From the human T2T-CHM13v2.0 reference genome, Homo sapiens, in assembly GCF_009914755.1 (NCBI RefSeq), contig NC_060948.1: a stretch of 64,000 bases of DNA. The stretch is one strand, 5' to 3'. A model generated the notes under the pieces. It saw only the letters and a list, made by a program, of their open reading frames with translations. It made no database searches and was not told the origin of the DNA. The number at the start of each line of letters is the position of its first letter. Positions within the stretch are counted from its first letter, which is position 1. Positions 1 through 14,223 of the stretch are shown one piece after another. Position numbers and translations under genes: made by a program.

Positions 1-3000
1 AGGAACTAGCAGTCCTGTCTGCAGGTCCCCTTGAGTTGACCATGAATTCAGTTTCCAGCTATGCAGGTGTTTTGTGTTATGAAGGGGCACTTCTCCATCA
101 TCTTGGGTTTTCATCCTGGGACACTGAGTATAAGAAGGAATAAGGTGAGATTGGAGTGAGGATATGATTTGATGAGAAGTGGAAGGGATCCCACAACTTC
201 ACCTGCAATAAAAATGAAGACAAATGACACAGGAGGTGCTTCTAACCCCATGCTCACGTTTCATTAATTGCACAAGCAATCCACACCATGGCCCAATGTT
301 CAGGTGGAAGTTCTGCAATGTGCAAGGAGTATTGGGAGTGCCAATTGGGACCATGCTGGCAAGCTCTTGATTTGAGGCCTTTCCTACACGGAGCCAAAAG
401 GGAGTGGAATGTTCTGATGTTGGGTGGGATGTGGTCTCCACATTTGCCTCTTCTTTTCCTGACTTCCATGTCCCTTGTCAGCCTAGGGTTTCCTGGGTCT
501 GGCTTAACAAATTCCACAGTAAACATTTCCCAGCTCATGAAGAACGACCCTCATTAGAATCCATTGCGTGAGTGGTTCTTTCTAAACACTGTCACATTTT
601 AATGATTGCACAGCTTTAATATTTTTAAAACTGTAAATTTGTGTTATAGCCACCAAAACAGAAACTCCTGTTCTCCCACTTGTATCAGAAAGCTGCATGA
701 TTTCTGAAGGATGAGAAGCAGGCAAACATGTCTAGATTTTGCCTGATAATCTAGCTTGTTTTATTTCATCTGCATGGCCTTCTCATTGTGGAGGCGCTCT
801 TTCAGTGGGCTCTTCCTGGATGGGAATCCCTCTCACTACAGTTGAATTAGCTGCCAGGGATTTTAGAGAGTGAAAGGGAATTCATGTAGGCTGGATGGGT
901 TCCGCATTGTGGTTGTTGTCTCGTTGGCAAGGCTGAGGTTGTTTGCAATTTGCAGGAGGATTTTGGGTCCTCAGACAGGAATCACTGAACATTGCTTGTA
1001 CTCCAGCACAAGGCAGCTTGTTCTCTCATTTGAGCCTAGATTTTTCTTTGCTTTCATGGGGAATCCACAGTGCCCCTCAACAGCACTACTGCACATACTA
1101 TTCGGACTTGTCATCGCTACAGATGGCATTTGAGACACTGTCTCAACGTCATCTGCAGCAGTGAGAGGCCTGTCTGATGTGTAAGAACAGGTCAAGTGCC
1201 CGGCCATCTTTTGCTGACAACTGCCTCTGGGGTCTCAAGTATGATTCTTTTACCCAAAAATCCCTCAACGAAGTCAGATTCTATCACCCAAAAACCCCTC
1301 AACAGCACACCAGACTATAAAACGATTTCCATGGGACCCAATTCTGGCACACATCCTCTTTTGGGAATGGAGTAAGAAGAGTAGTTTCCAGAAACCACCT
1401 CACAGTCTCAAAACGCCTTCTCCTCCAGTGAGACCCAACCACAGAGACAGACAAAGGGGCCCTGAGATGGAGGCTTTTTGGGTCCAGCAATGGTTTTTCA
1501 CAGGCTGCTTTTTTCCTGATACCAGGCAGATTCTGCCTGTACCATTTTCCTTGGTTAGGCAGGCTGACTGATCTGACAGCCAGGTGCCTGAGCTTACCTC
1601 CAGAATGTGCATGCACTAGTTTCAGGGCACCAGGCCTGATTGTGAGCTTTTTTGAGCATCACAATGAATGTTATCATTGCCTAGCGACAAGGCCCTGTGA
1701 CTTGGCAGAAAAAGGAGACATTCATGGGGATGCATGCAAAGTGGACTCCTGCTATTTTTCTCTGTGGGATCTACGACATAGTCCCATGATCCTAGGATAG
1801 GGCAGAAGTGGATTCCTCAGGCCTACCTAAGAATTGTAGGGGTGTCTTTTTGAAACTTGCCCCACTATGATTTCTAGTTAGAGCCCAGCTGTGTTGTCCA
1901 TGGTTGCTCTATACCATGTGGGGCTTCCTACAGAACCATGCAGCTTCAGGAGTTGCCAGGATGTATGTTTCTGTGGCAGTGTTGCAAATGTTGGAAGTCT
2001 GCATGTGTGTAGCATTGTGTGTTTGTGTGTGTGTGTGTGTGTGTCTGTAAGTGGAGTCTTCTTAAAGGAATGTGGCTATCACACTGTAGCATTTTTTTTT
2101 TTGAGTCTCCAGAACTTTCGGTGGTCTGTCTCTGCTGCTTTACTTGGGATGCATGTTCTTTATTTTTCTGTGGGTCATTAATCTGCAGTTAATTGAGATG
2201 CTGGCTGTGACACACCAGGGTCCAAGTCCCCTCCCGCTGAAAAAATGTCACTTTTCAAGACAGAATAGGAGGAAACCACACCTAAGAACAGACATCACAA
2301 AGTTTTTCATTGTTATGCGGCCATCTCAGGAAGAGACAGTTGCAGTGCTGTTCACAAGGCCCTTTGGATTTACCTCGAATTTGTTTCCCAGGAGAGCAGG
2401 TTCTACATGTCATGAAGGGCAACTCCTCCATCATTTCAGGATTTTTTTTCTGGAACAGAGAGTGTGAACAGCAATAAGGACAGATACAGGTGAGGATACA
2501 ATCTGCTGAGGGGTGGATGGGGTCCCACACCTTAGCCTACAAAAAAGTTGAAGACAGATGACACAGAAGGTGTTTCCAACTACATCCCCGAATTCCCTTA
2601 ATTGCACAAGCAGTCCACACCATCCCTGTTGTTCAGGTGGGAGTACTCCAATATTCAGGGAATATTTGGAGTGCAAACTGGGGCCATTCTGACAAAGTCC
2701 TGATTTGAGGGCTTTTATATCTGAAGCGTAATGGGAGGGCGACGGATAGATGCTGGGTGGGATGTGGCCTCCACACTTGCCTCTTGTTTTCTTGACTTCC
2801 GTGTTCCTGGTCAGCATAGGGTTTCCTTGGTCTGGGTCAATGTCTTCCAAACTAAACACTTCCGAGTTCATGGAGGACGACACTCACGGGAATCCACTGA
2901 GTGAATATTTCCTTCTAAACAATATCAAGTTTTAATGACTGGAGAGTTGTAATAATTTTAGAACTGTAAACTCCCATTGCAGAAGCCAGCAAGGAAACTG

Positions 3001-6000
3001 TTGTTCTCCCACTTCTATCAGAGGGCTGCACAGTTCCTCTAGGATGAGAAGCAGGCAGCCATTTCTGTCTTTTGCCTGGTAAACTAGACTCTGTTTCATT
3101 TCATCTATATGTCCTTTCTCATTGTGGAGGGGATCTTTCATTGGCCTGTTTCTGGATGGGAGTGCCTCTCAGCACAAATCTTTTGGCTGCCAGGGATTTC
3201 TGAAAGCAAAAGGGAATTTGGGTAGGCTGGCTGTGCTCCAGCTTGTGGGTCATGGTCTCGTTGTTGCAGCTGATGCTGTTTGCAATTTGCAGGAGGCTTT
3301 ACCGTCCTGTGACAGAAATCTTTGAATGTTGCTTGGACTCCAGCACAAGTCATGTGGTTCTCTCAAGAGGGCCTTGATTTTTCTTTACTTTCATCATGGG
3401 TCCACATTGCCCCTCAACAGCACTACTGGAAACCCCTTTTAGGCTTGCAATCATCACAGACGGGCTCTGAAACACTGTCTCAACCTCATCTGAATCCTTT
3501 AGGGGTCAGCTGGAGGTGAGAGAACACTGCTCTGCCTTGGACTTGCTTTTTTCATGGTCCCTTCCTTTCCCAGAGATCCCCTGCAAGGCCCAGCATGAAG
3601 GGAGGCAGTGAGGTCAAGAGCCCAGCCATCTTTTGCTGACACCCACCTCTGGTCTCTCATGTATGATTCCACCACCCAAAGAGCCCTCAACAACTCACCA
3701 GACTATAGTCTAATCTCCATCTGACCCGACTGTTGCACACAGCCTCTTTTGGGAATGGAGTCAGAGTAGCATTTCCAAAGACCACCTTATAGTCTCAAAT
3801 CACCTCCTTCTCCAGCAGGACCTGAGCAGAGGGATGACCCAAAGGGACACTATGGTCGAGACTTTTATGGTCCCACTCTGGGTTATTGCAGGCAGCATTT
3901 TTTTCAATACCATGCCGTCTCTTCATGTATTTTTTTTTTCTTTTTTTTCGCTTAGGCTGGCTGACAGTTCTGACAGCCCGTCGCCCAAGTCTGCATACTC
4001 TTAGGCACAAGGACTGAGCTATGGGCTCGGGTTAGCATCACAACGAAGGCCACCATTGCCTAGGCATAAGTCTCTGCGGCTTTGCGGAGAAGAACTCTGT
4101 GGAGGTTAGTCAGTGGTGGACTCTCGCCTCATTTCTCTGTGGGATTCCCGTGATAGTCCCATGAGGCTAGGAGAGGGAGGAGGTGAGCCAGCCTGAAGAA
4201 AAGTCAAGCACAGCCCCAGGAATAAGCCGCAAAACTCCTACAGATCCAAAAGGACCTGGAGGATGCCTAAGGCCTCCCGGACTTTGTCAGGGTGAGTCTT
4301 TTTAAAACTGTGATTTGCAGGTACAGGCTGCCTGTATTCCCCGGGGTTGCTCTTTCAAAGACAGGGCCAGTTTGGGATTGGGAGGGATTGATGCTGGTGG
4401 CATGTGGCCTCCACACTTTCATCTTCAGGGCCAAGGCCCTGGTAATCTGTCACTGATATGCACTTGTGGGGTCTCAGGTATGATTCCATCACGCAAAGAC
4501 GTCTCAACAATCGCCAGACTATTTTCCAATACCCATGGGACCTGATTCCTGCACACAGCCTCTTTTAGGAGTGGAGTCAGAAGAGCACTTTCCAGCAACC
4601 ACCTCACAGTATCAAAACGCCTCCTCCTCCAGAGGAAATTACCCGGAGATGGCCCAAAGGTGCCCTAAGCTCAAAATTTTAGAGTTCTACAGTGAATTAT
4701 CGCAGGCAACATTATTTCTGACACCTGGTCGGCTGTGTCTGTACCATTTTCCTGTTTAGGCAGGCTGACATCTCCTAGAGCTGGGCACAACCACCTGCCT
4801 CACAAATGGACATGTGCTAGTATCAGGGCAACAGGCATGAGATGTGAACTATGGCTAGCATTACAATCAATGCTGACATTGACTAGCAACAAGTCTCTAT
4901 GGCTTGGCGGAAAAGGAGAATTTCATGGAGGGGCATTGGCATTGGACTCTCACCTATCATCTCTGTAGGATTCATGGGATAGTCCCGTGATCCCAGGAGA
5001 GGGCAGATGTGAGCCAGGCTGAAATAACATCAAGCAGAGCCAGGAATAAGCCCTGAAATCCATAAGGATCTAAAAAGATCTGCAGAATGCCTTAGGTCTG
5101 CTTAGATATTGTAGGGGTGAGTCTTTTGGAAAATTGTCCTACTGTGATTCCTAGGTACAGCCTGTTTTCCATATAGTTGCTCTCTCCCAGGTGGGGCTCC
5201 CTGCAGACCCACACAACCCAGGAACTGCTGGGCTGGGTGTTGCTGTGGGAGCACTGAGAATGCTGGATATCTGTGTGTGTGCGTGTGTGTGTGTGGCTTC
5301 CTGTGTCTGTGTATTTGTGTGTGTGTGTACCTGTAAGTGGAGTCTGCTTAAAAAAATATGGCTAACGCACTGTGGTGCTTCATTTTTCAAGTCTCCCAAC
5401 ATTTTGGTGGCCTGTCGGTGTCGTTATGCTTTGGTTGCAGGGCTCTATGTTCTCTGTTTTTCTGTGGATAATGAATCCATTGTGATTTGGGAGGCTGGCA
5501 GAGGTCCAAATCACCTTTCCCTGGAAAAACAGTCTCTCTTTTAGAAAGAAGAGGAGCACACCACATTCAACAACAGACATCTCCCAGTGTTTTTTAATCC
5601 TGCGGCCAACCCAGTGATAGACACTAGTATTGTCCACAGGGCTCCTTGAATTTACCTCGAATTCGGTTCTGAGCGGGTGCTTCACCTTGTACGGAGGCAC
5701 TAATCCATCATCTTGGGGTTTCACTTTGGGTCAGAGAGTGTGAGCAGCAATGAGGTCAGATAGGGTTGAGGATACAATCTGTTGAGGGGTTGATGGGGTC
5801 CCACGCCTTCACCTGAAAAAAAGGTGAACACAAATGACAAAGAAGTTATTTCCAACTGCAGCCTTCTATTCCCTTAATATCACAAGCAGTCCAGACCATG
5901 GCCCCATTTTCAGATGGGAGTACTCTAACACACAGGGAATATTTGGAGTGCAAACTGGGGCCATCCTGGCAAACTCTCAATTTGAGGGCTTTCAAACACG

Positions 6001-7018
6001 GAGCCAAATGCGAGTGGGATGGATTGATACTGGGTGGGATGTAGCTTCCACACTTGCCTCTTCTTTTCCTGACTTCTATGTTCCTCGTCAGCCTAGAGTT
6101 TCCTTGGTCTGGCTCAATGTCTTCCAAACTCAACCATTCCCAGTTCATGGAAAATGACCCTCATGGGATTCCCTTGTGTGAGTATTTCCTCCTAAACACT
6201 GTTGTATTTTAATGACTGGGCAGCAGCGATACTTTTAAAACTGTAAATCCCTGCAACAGCCACAAACAAGGAAACTCTTGTTCTCCCACTTCTACAGAAA
6301 AGCTGCATGATTGCTGGAGGATGGTTTATTGTCCTACAGCCAACCCAAAAACGGCACTACCAGTCATGTTGCAGGGCCCCTTGAATTAACCTCGAATTAG
6401 GTTTCCAGATGAGCAGGTGCTTCATGTTGTGAAGGGGCCCTCCTCCATCATCCTAGAATTTCATTCTGGGACACAGAGTGTGAGCAGCAATAAGGTCAGA
6501 TATGGGTGAGGATACAATCTGGTGAAGGGTAGATGGGGTCCCATGCCTTCCCCTGTAGAAATGGTAAAAACAGATGACACAGAAGGTGCTTCCAACTGCA
6601 TTTAAGCATTCCCTTAATTGCAAAAGGATTCCACACCATGGCCCAGTTTTCTGGTGTGAGTACTCCAAGTTTCAGGAAACAGTGTTAGTGTGAACTTTGG
6701 CAATGCTGGCAAGTTCCCTATTGGAGGGCTTCAGTACATGGAGCCAAGGGGGAGTGGAATGGAATGATGCTGTGTGGGATATGGCCTCCACACTTGCCTT
6801 TTCTTTTCCTCACTTTCATATTCTTCATTGGCCTAGAATTTCCTGGGTCTTGCTAAATGTCTTTCACACTAAATGTTTCCCAGTTCACAGAGGATGACCC
6901 TCATGGGAATGTATTTCATCAGTGTTTCCTTCTAAACACTGTCACATTTTAATGACAGAGCTGCTGTGATACTTTTAAAACCATAAATTCCCTTTACAGG
7001 CACCAACAGATAAATTCC

Positions 7019-7312
7019 TTTTTTTTTTTCTTAGACAGAGTTGCACTCCGTTGCCTGGGCTGGAGTGCAGCGTCATGATCTCCAGTCACTGCAAGCTCTG
7101 CCTCCCGGGTTCATGCCATTCTCCTGCCTCAGCCTCCTGAGTAGCTGGGACTACAGGTACCTGCCACAATGCCTGGCTAATTTTTTGTTCTTTTAGTAGA
7201 GATGGGGTTTCACCATTTTAGCCAGGATGGTCTCAATCTCCTGACCTCATGATCCTCCCACCTTAGCCTCCCAAAGTTCTAGGATTACTGGAATAAACCA
7301 CCGTGTCCGGCC
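7019..7312 (-). mobile_element. AluY-like SINE inserted in the satellite array
   Basis: Poly(T) followed by GGCTGGAGTGCAG..GCAAGCTCTGCCTCCCGGGTTCATGCCATTCTCCTGCCTCAGCC, ending GTGTCCGGCC; satellite sequence resumes on both sides. Confidence 0.93.
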
Positions 7313-10300
7313 CTTGGGAAACACTTGTTCCCCACTTCTGTCAAAAGGCTGCATAATTCCAGTATGATGAGAAGCAGACAGCCATGTCTGGCTTTTTTCT
7401 GGTAATTTACACTCTGTTTTATTTCATCTGCAAATCCTTTCTCATTGTGGAGGGTGTATAGCATTGATTGTTGCTGGATAGGGCTGCCTCTATATACAGA
7501 TTTCCTGCCACTGATTTCAGAAAGGTCTGTGGTCTGTTTGTGAGAGCTGAGGTTGTTTGCAGTTCTTGGGAGGCTTTTGGTTCCTCTGAGAGGAATCTTT
7601 GAAAGTTTCTTATATTCCAGCTCAGGTCAGCTCCTTCTCTCTGGCAAGCCTTGATTTTTCTTTCTTTCCAGGCTGGGTCCACTTTGCCCCTCAACAGCAT
7701 TACTGGACACCTTTGTCAGACTAGCAATTTCCACAGACACCCTCTGTGAACATTTTTCAACATCATCTGCAGCAGTGAGAGGCCAGTTTGATGTGTAAGA
7801 ATACTGCTTGACTTTGGACTTGCCTTTGTCATGGTTCCTGCCTTTCTCATAGATCTCCTGCCAGGACAAGGATGATAGGAGGCAAGGAAGTCAAGGGCCC
7901 AGCCCCATTCACTGAAAGCTGCCTCTGGGATCTCAGGTATGATTCCATCACATAAAATCCCCTCAACAACTCACCAGACTATATTCCAATCTCCGTGGGA
8001 CCTGATTCTTGCACACAGCCTCTTTCACGAATGGAGCCAGAAGAGCAGTTTTCAGTGACCATCTCAGTTTGGAAAAGCCTCCTCCTTCAGTGGGTCTCAG
8101 CCACAGAGTCATCCCGAAGGGGCTCTAAGGTCAATAATTTTAGGGTCTGACAGTTGATTATCACAGACAGACTTTTTCATGATAGCAGATCATCTCTGTC
8201 TATATCATTTTCCTCTGCTTAGGCAGGCTGACAGCTCTGACAGCCAGGCACTTGAATCTACCTGGCAAATGTTCATGCTCTAGTCTCAGTGCAAAAGGCC
8301 TGTTTGGGAGTTCTGGCTAGTGTCACAATAAATGCCGCCATTGCCTAGTGACAAGTCAATGTGGATTGAGGGAGGAAACCTCTATGTAGGGGCATAGGTA
8401 GTGGACTCTCACCTGTCTTCTATGTAAATTGCATGGGATAGTCCTATGAGGCTAGGAGAGGGCAGACAGAAGCCAGCCTCAAGAAACTTCAAGGGCAGCC
8501 TCAGGAATAAACTGCAGCATTCCTAATGATTTAAAAGACATGCAGTATTTCTAATGCCTGCCTAGATGTTGCAGGGGTGAGTCATTTTGAAACTTGCCCC
8601 ACTGTGATTTGTAGGTAAAGCATACCTCTGTTCCTGGGGTGGCTGTCTCCCAGGGGGGGCTTCCTGAAGAATCACAAAGCCTGAGAATCTGCCAAGCTTT
8701 GTTTTTCTGTTGAGAGTGTTGTGAGTGTTGGATGTTTGCATGTATGTGTGGCTGTGTGTGTGTGTGTGTGTGTGTGTGTAAGGGGAGTCTGCTTAAAACA
8801 ATTTTGCTAAAGAACTGCAGCCCCCCCTTTTTCAAGTCTTCCAACTTTTTAGTGGATTGTCTCAGGCTGCGGGGCTTTGTATTCTTTCTTTTTCTATGGA
8901 TTATGACTCTGTAATGAAGTCTAAGGCAGGATGAGACCTGCCAGGTAACAAACCACCTCCTTCTCCCAACAAAAACCACTTTCCTAGAAAGAAGACCACA
9001 CCACTCCCAAGAACAGACATCTCCCAGTGTTTTATCGTCCTTCAGCCAACCCAGGGAGAGACAGCAGCAGTCCTGTCTGCAGGGCTTTTTAAATGTAGCT
9101 CAAATTCAGTTCCCAGCCAAGCAACTGCTTCACGTCGTGAAGGAGAATTCCTCTATCATCGTGAGATTTCATTCTAGAACAGAGAATGTCAGCAGCAATA
9201 AGGTCACAGAGAGATGAAGATATAATGTGGTGAGGGGTGGATGAGAACCTGCACCTTCACATGTAAAAAAGATGAAGACAGAAGACAGAAGGTGCTTCAC
9301 ACTGCATCCCTGCATTCCCTTAATTGCACAGCAGTCCACGCCATGGCCTGATGTTGAGGTGGTAGTACTACAAGGTGCAGGGAACATTTGGAGTGCAAAC
9401 TGAAGCCATCTTGCAAACTGTCAATTTGAGGGCTTTCATACTAGAGCCAAATGGGAGTACGATGAATTTATCCTAGGTAGGATGTGGCATCCACACTTGC
9501 CTCTTTTTTTCCTGACTTCCATGATCCTCACCAGCCTAGGGTTTTCTGGGTTTGGCTCAATATCTTCCACACTAAACATTTCCCCATACAGTGATTATGA
9601 CCCTTATGAGAATCCATTGTGAGTATTTCATATTAACAATGTCACATTTTAACATTTTAATTACTTGGCAGCTGTGATACTTTTAAAACCAAGATTTCCT
9701 GTTACAGCTGCCATCAAGGAAACTCTTGTTCTACCACTTCTATCGGGGGATGCAAGATTTCTGTAGGGTGAGAAGCAGGAAGCCATATCTCACTTTTGCC
9801 TGGCATTCTAGGCACTATTCCATTTCATCTGCACATCCTTTCTCATTGTGGAAGGGACCTTTCACTGGACTGTTGCTGGATGGTACTACCTCTCATCACA
9901 GATCTTTTGGATGCCAGGGATTTCAGGGAGCAAAAGAAACTTTGGTTATGCTGGCTGAAATCCAGGTTGTAAGCCATGGTGTCATCATAGGGGCTGAGGT
10001 TGTTTGCACTTTACAGGAGGCTTTTGGGTCCTCTGACAGGAATCTTTGAACATTGCTTGGACTGCAGCCCAAGTCAGATCATTCTTTCAGGCGAGCATTG
10101 ATTTTTCTTTGCTTTCATAAGGTATGCATAGTGCCCATCAACAGCAGTACTTGACACACTTTTCAGGTTTGCATGGCCACAGACAGCCTTGGAGACACTG
10201 TCTCAATCTCATCTGCACCTGTGAGAAGACAGTCCGCGGTGTGAGAACACTGCTCCATCTTGGACTTGCCTTTTTGAGGTTGCTGCCTTTCCCAGACAGC

Positions 10301-13279
10301 CCCTGCGAGGTCCAAAATAAAGGGAGGCAGTGAGGACAACAGACCGGCCATCTTTCTCTGACACCCACCTTTGGGGTCTCAGATATGATTCTATCACCCA
10401 AAAAATCCTCAACAACTCACCAGACAATACTCCAATCCTCATGGGACCTGATACTTGCACATAGACTTTTTCATAAATGGAGTCTGAAGAGCAGTTTCCA
10501 GAAACCAAGTCACCATCTTGAAACACCTTCTCCTCCAGCGGGAACCTGTCACGGAGATGAATGGAAGGGGCCCTGAGTTTGTGAATTTTAAAGTCCCGCA
10601 GTTGGTTTTCACAGGCAGACTTTGTCCTGATACCAGGCCATCTCTGCTTGTACTATTTTCCTCTGCTGAGGCAGGCTGACAGCTGTGACAGTCAGGTGCC
10701 TGAGCCACCCTCACGAATGCACATGTGCTAGTCTCAAGGTAGCAGGCCTGATTGTGAGCTTTGGCAAAAGTTACAAAAAGGGTCACCATTGCCTAGTGAC
10801 AAGTCCCTGCCTCTTGCCAGAGAAGGAGACCACTGGGGAGGTGTGTCAGTGGTATACTGTCACCTATCTTCTCTGTGAAATCCACAAATAGTCTCATGAT
10901 CCTGGGAGAAGGCCTGGGGCTTGGTAGAGAAGGAGAATTCTGTGGAGGTCCATCTGCGGTGGAACCACACCTGTCTTCTCTGTGGGATTCACAGGATAGT
11001 CCTAGAAAAGGGCAGACGTGAGACAGACTGAGGAAACATCAAGAAGAGGAATAAATGGTGAACTGCCTAAGGATCCAAAAGGATTTGCAGGATTCCTCAG
11101 GCCTGCCTAGAAGTTGCAGGTGTGAGTCTTTTAGAAACCTGTCCCAACGTGATTTATAGGTAAAACCTGCCTGTGTTCCTCAGGGTTGCTCTCTCCCAGG
11201 TGGGGATTTCTGATGAACCATGCAGCCTCAGTAGCTGCCAGGCAGTGTGTTTCCATGGGAATGTTGCAAGTGTTGGATGTCTTTGTGGGTACGTGTGGCA
11301 TTGTGTGTTTGTGTGTGTGTTTGTGTGCCTGTAGGTGGAGTCTGCTTAAAGGAATGTGGCTAATGCACTGCAGCACTTCTTTTATTTTTGAGTCTCTTAT
11401 ACTTATGGTGGCCTGTCTGTGTGGCTCAGCTTGGGTTGTGGGGCTTCCTGTTATTTGTCTGTGGATCATGAATCTGCAGTGAATTGGGAGGTGGGCTGAG
11501 ACACGCAGGCATCGAAATCACCTCCCCTGCAACAAAAGCCACTCGTCTATAAAGATGAGCACACCATACCAAAAAAAAAAAAAAAAAAGACATCTCCCAG
11601 TGTTTTATTGTCCAGAGTCCAAACCAGAAAGTGACCCTCACAGATCTGTGTGCATGGCCCCTTGAATTTAGCTTGGATTCAGTCTCCAGCTGAGCAGATG
11701 CTTCATGTCATGAGGAAGATCTCCTTCATCATCTTGGAATTCATTCTGGGACATAGATTGTGAGCAGAAATGAGGTCAGATGGGGTGAAGATACAATCTG
11801 GTGAGGGGTGGAAGTAATCCCCCAACTTCACCTGCAAAACATAAAGGCAGAAAACACAGAAGGTTCTTCCAACTTTATCTCTGCATCCCCTTAATTGCAC
11901 AAGCAGTACACACCATGGCCCAGTGTTCTGGTGGGAGTACTTTAACCTGCAAGGAATATTTGGAGGGCAAATTGGGGCCATTTTTGCAAACTCTCCATTT
12001 AAGAGCCTTCATACATGAGCCAAATGGGAGCAGAATTGATTGATTCTGTATTGGATGTGGCCTCCGTACTTGCCTCTTTTCCCCTGACTTCTACGTTTCT
12101 CGTCAACCTAGGGTTTCCTGTTTCTGGCTCAATGACTTCCACACTACATGTTTCCTAGTTCACAGAGAACGACCCTCCTGGGAATCCATTGCATGAGTGT
12201 TTCCTTCTAAACATTGTCACCTTTTAAAGACTGGGAAGCTTTGATAGTTTTAAAACGGTAAATTCTTGTTACACCCACCAACAAGGAATCTGTTTTTTTT
12301 CCCACTTCTATCACAGGGTTGCATGTTTCCTCTAGGATGAGAAGGAGGCAGCCATGTCTGGCTTTAGCCTGATAATCTAGCCCCTGTTTCATCTCATCTG
12401 CATGGACTTCTCATTGTGGAGGGGCCCTTTCACTGGGCTGTTGCTGGCTAGGACTGCCACTTGCCACAGATTATTTTGCTGCCAGGGATTTCAGAGAGTA
12501 AAAGGGACTTTGATAAACTGGCTGCACTCCATATTGTGGATCATTGTCTCATCGTAGAGGCTGCAGTTGTTTGCACTTTGCAGGAGGCTTTTGGTTTCTG
12601 ACAGGAATCTTGAACATTGCCTGGACTCCAGCAAAGGCAGCTCATTCTTAGGTGAACCTTGGTTTTTCTTTGTTTTCTTGGGGAATCCATAGTGCCCCCC
12701 AACAGCAGCACTGCACACCATTTTCAAGCTTGCCATCACCACAGATGGCCTCTGAGACACTGTCTCAACTACATCTGCACAAGTGAGAGGCCATTCCGAG
12801 ATGTGAGAACACTGCTCCACATTAGACTTGCCTTTGTTATGGTTCTTGCCTTTCATAGATAGCCCCTGCAAGGCTCAGAATGAAGGGAGGCATTCAGTTC
12901 AAAAGCCCAATCATCTTTTGCTGACATCCACTTCTGGTGTCTCAGGTATGTTTCTGTCGCCCAAAGAACACTCAACGACACACCAGATTATATTCCAACC
13001 CCCTTGGGACCCAATTATTGCACACACCCTCTTTCGCTAATGGAGTTAGAAGAGCAGTTTCCAGCGACCACATCGCAGTCGCGAAACACCTCTTCCTCCA
13101 GCGGGACCTGAACAAGGAAATGGCCAGCAGGGTCCCTGAGGTCGAGATTTTCAGGGTCCTGCAGTGGGTTTTTATAGTCAGCCTTTTTCCCGATACCAGG
13201 CGGGCTCTGCCTGTTCCATTATCCCCTGCTGAGGCAGACTGACAGCTCTGACAACCTGACTTGAGTCTGCCTCACAAAT

Positions 13280-13289
13280 GCGCATGCGC
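13280..13289. promoter_or_regulatory. Intact NRF1-type palindrome GCGCATGCGC in a CpG-retaining satellite unit, candidate PRY promoter element
   Basis: TGCGCATGCGCT at 13279-13290. Homologous positions in other units are decayed: TGTGCATGCACT ~1607, TGGACATGTGCT ~4808, TGTTCATGCTCT ~8270, TGCACATGTGCT ~10718. Function is inferred. Confidence 0.45.
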
Positions 13290-14029
13290 TAGTCTCAGGG
13301 TACCTGATCCGATTGTGAGCTCTGTCTAGCATCGCTATAAATGTCACCGTTGCCTAGCAAGAAGTATCTGCATCTTGGAAAAGGGGACCTCCGTGGAGGA
13401 GCGTCAGCTGTGTCTTCTCGTCTGTCTTCTCTGTGAAATCCACGGATAGTCTCATGATCCTAGGAGAGGGTAGACGTTAGCCAGCGTGAAGAAACAAGCA
13501 TAGCTACAGGAATAAACCACAAAATCCTTAAGCATCCAGAAACATCTGCAAGATTTGGTAGGCCTGCCTAGACATTGTACGGGTGAATCTTTTTGAAACT
13601 TGCCCTACTGTGGTTTCTAGGTACAGCCTGCCTATGTTCCTTGGGGTTGCTCTCTCCTAGGTGGGAATTCCTGCAGAGCCATGCATCCTCATGCACTGCT
13701 GAGCTATGTTTTTCTGTGGGAGTGTTGCAACTGTTGGATGTGTGTGTGTGTGTGTGTGTTTTTCATTGTGTGTTTAAGAATGTGTTTGTTGCTGTAAGTG
13801 GAGTCTGCTTAAATAATGTGTCTAATGCACTTCAGTGCCTCTTTTTTTTTTTTTTTTGAATGTTTCAATCTTTGTTGGCCTCTCTGTTGCTTTGTTTGTG
13901 CTGTGGGGCTCCGTGTTCTTTATTTTTCTGTGGATCATGAATCTGCAGTGAATCGGGAGGTGGGCCAAGACATGCAGGTGTCAAAATCAACTCCTCCTGA
14001 AAGAAATAAAACAAAAAAGAGCCACTCTT

Positions 14030-14122
14030 CTAGAAAGAAGAGGAGCACACCACACCAGAAACAGACATCTTGCAGTGTTTCACTGTCTCAACCTTATCTG
14101 CACAGTCCGAGGTCAGTCTGAG
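14030..14122 (+). other. PRY: Probable PRY 5' UTR exon 1 (satellite-derived; start approximate)
   Basis: Strong donor GAG|GTAAGA at 14122/14123. Position is consistent with my recollection of a 5-exon, ~24 kb PRY gene ending near 38.2 kb. No cDNA is in hand. Confidence 0.55.
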
Positions 14123-14223
14123 GTAAGAGAATAACCACAACTGCATAGTGAAAGACCAGTCTGAGGTATGAGAACACTCCTCCACCTCGGACTTGCCATT
14201 GTCGTGGTTTCTACCTTTCCCAG

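Noticed and set aside
1-14000. Assigning a specific TTTY lncRNA or numbered CDY/USP9Y pseudogene symbols
   Set aside because: Copies are multicopy and near-identical; they cannot be named from the sequence alone.
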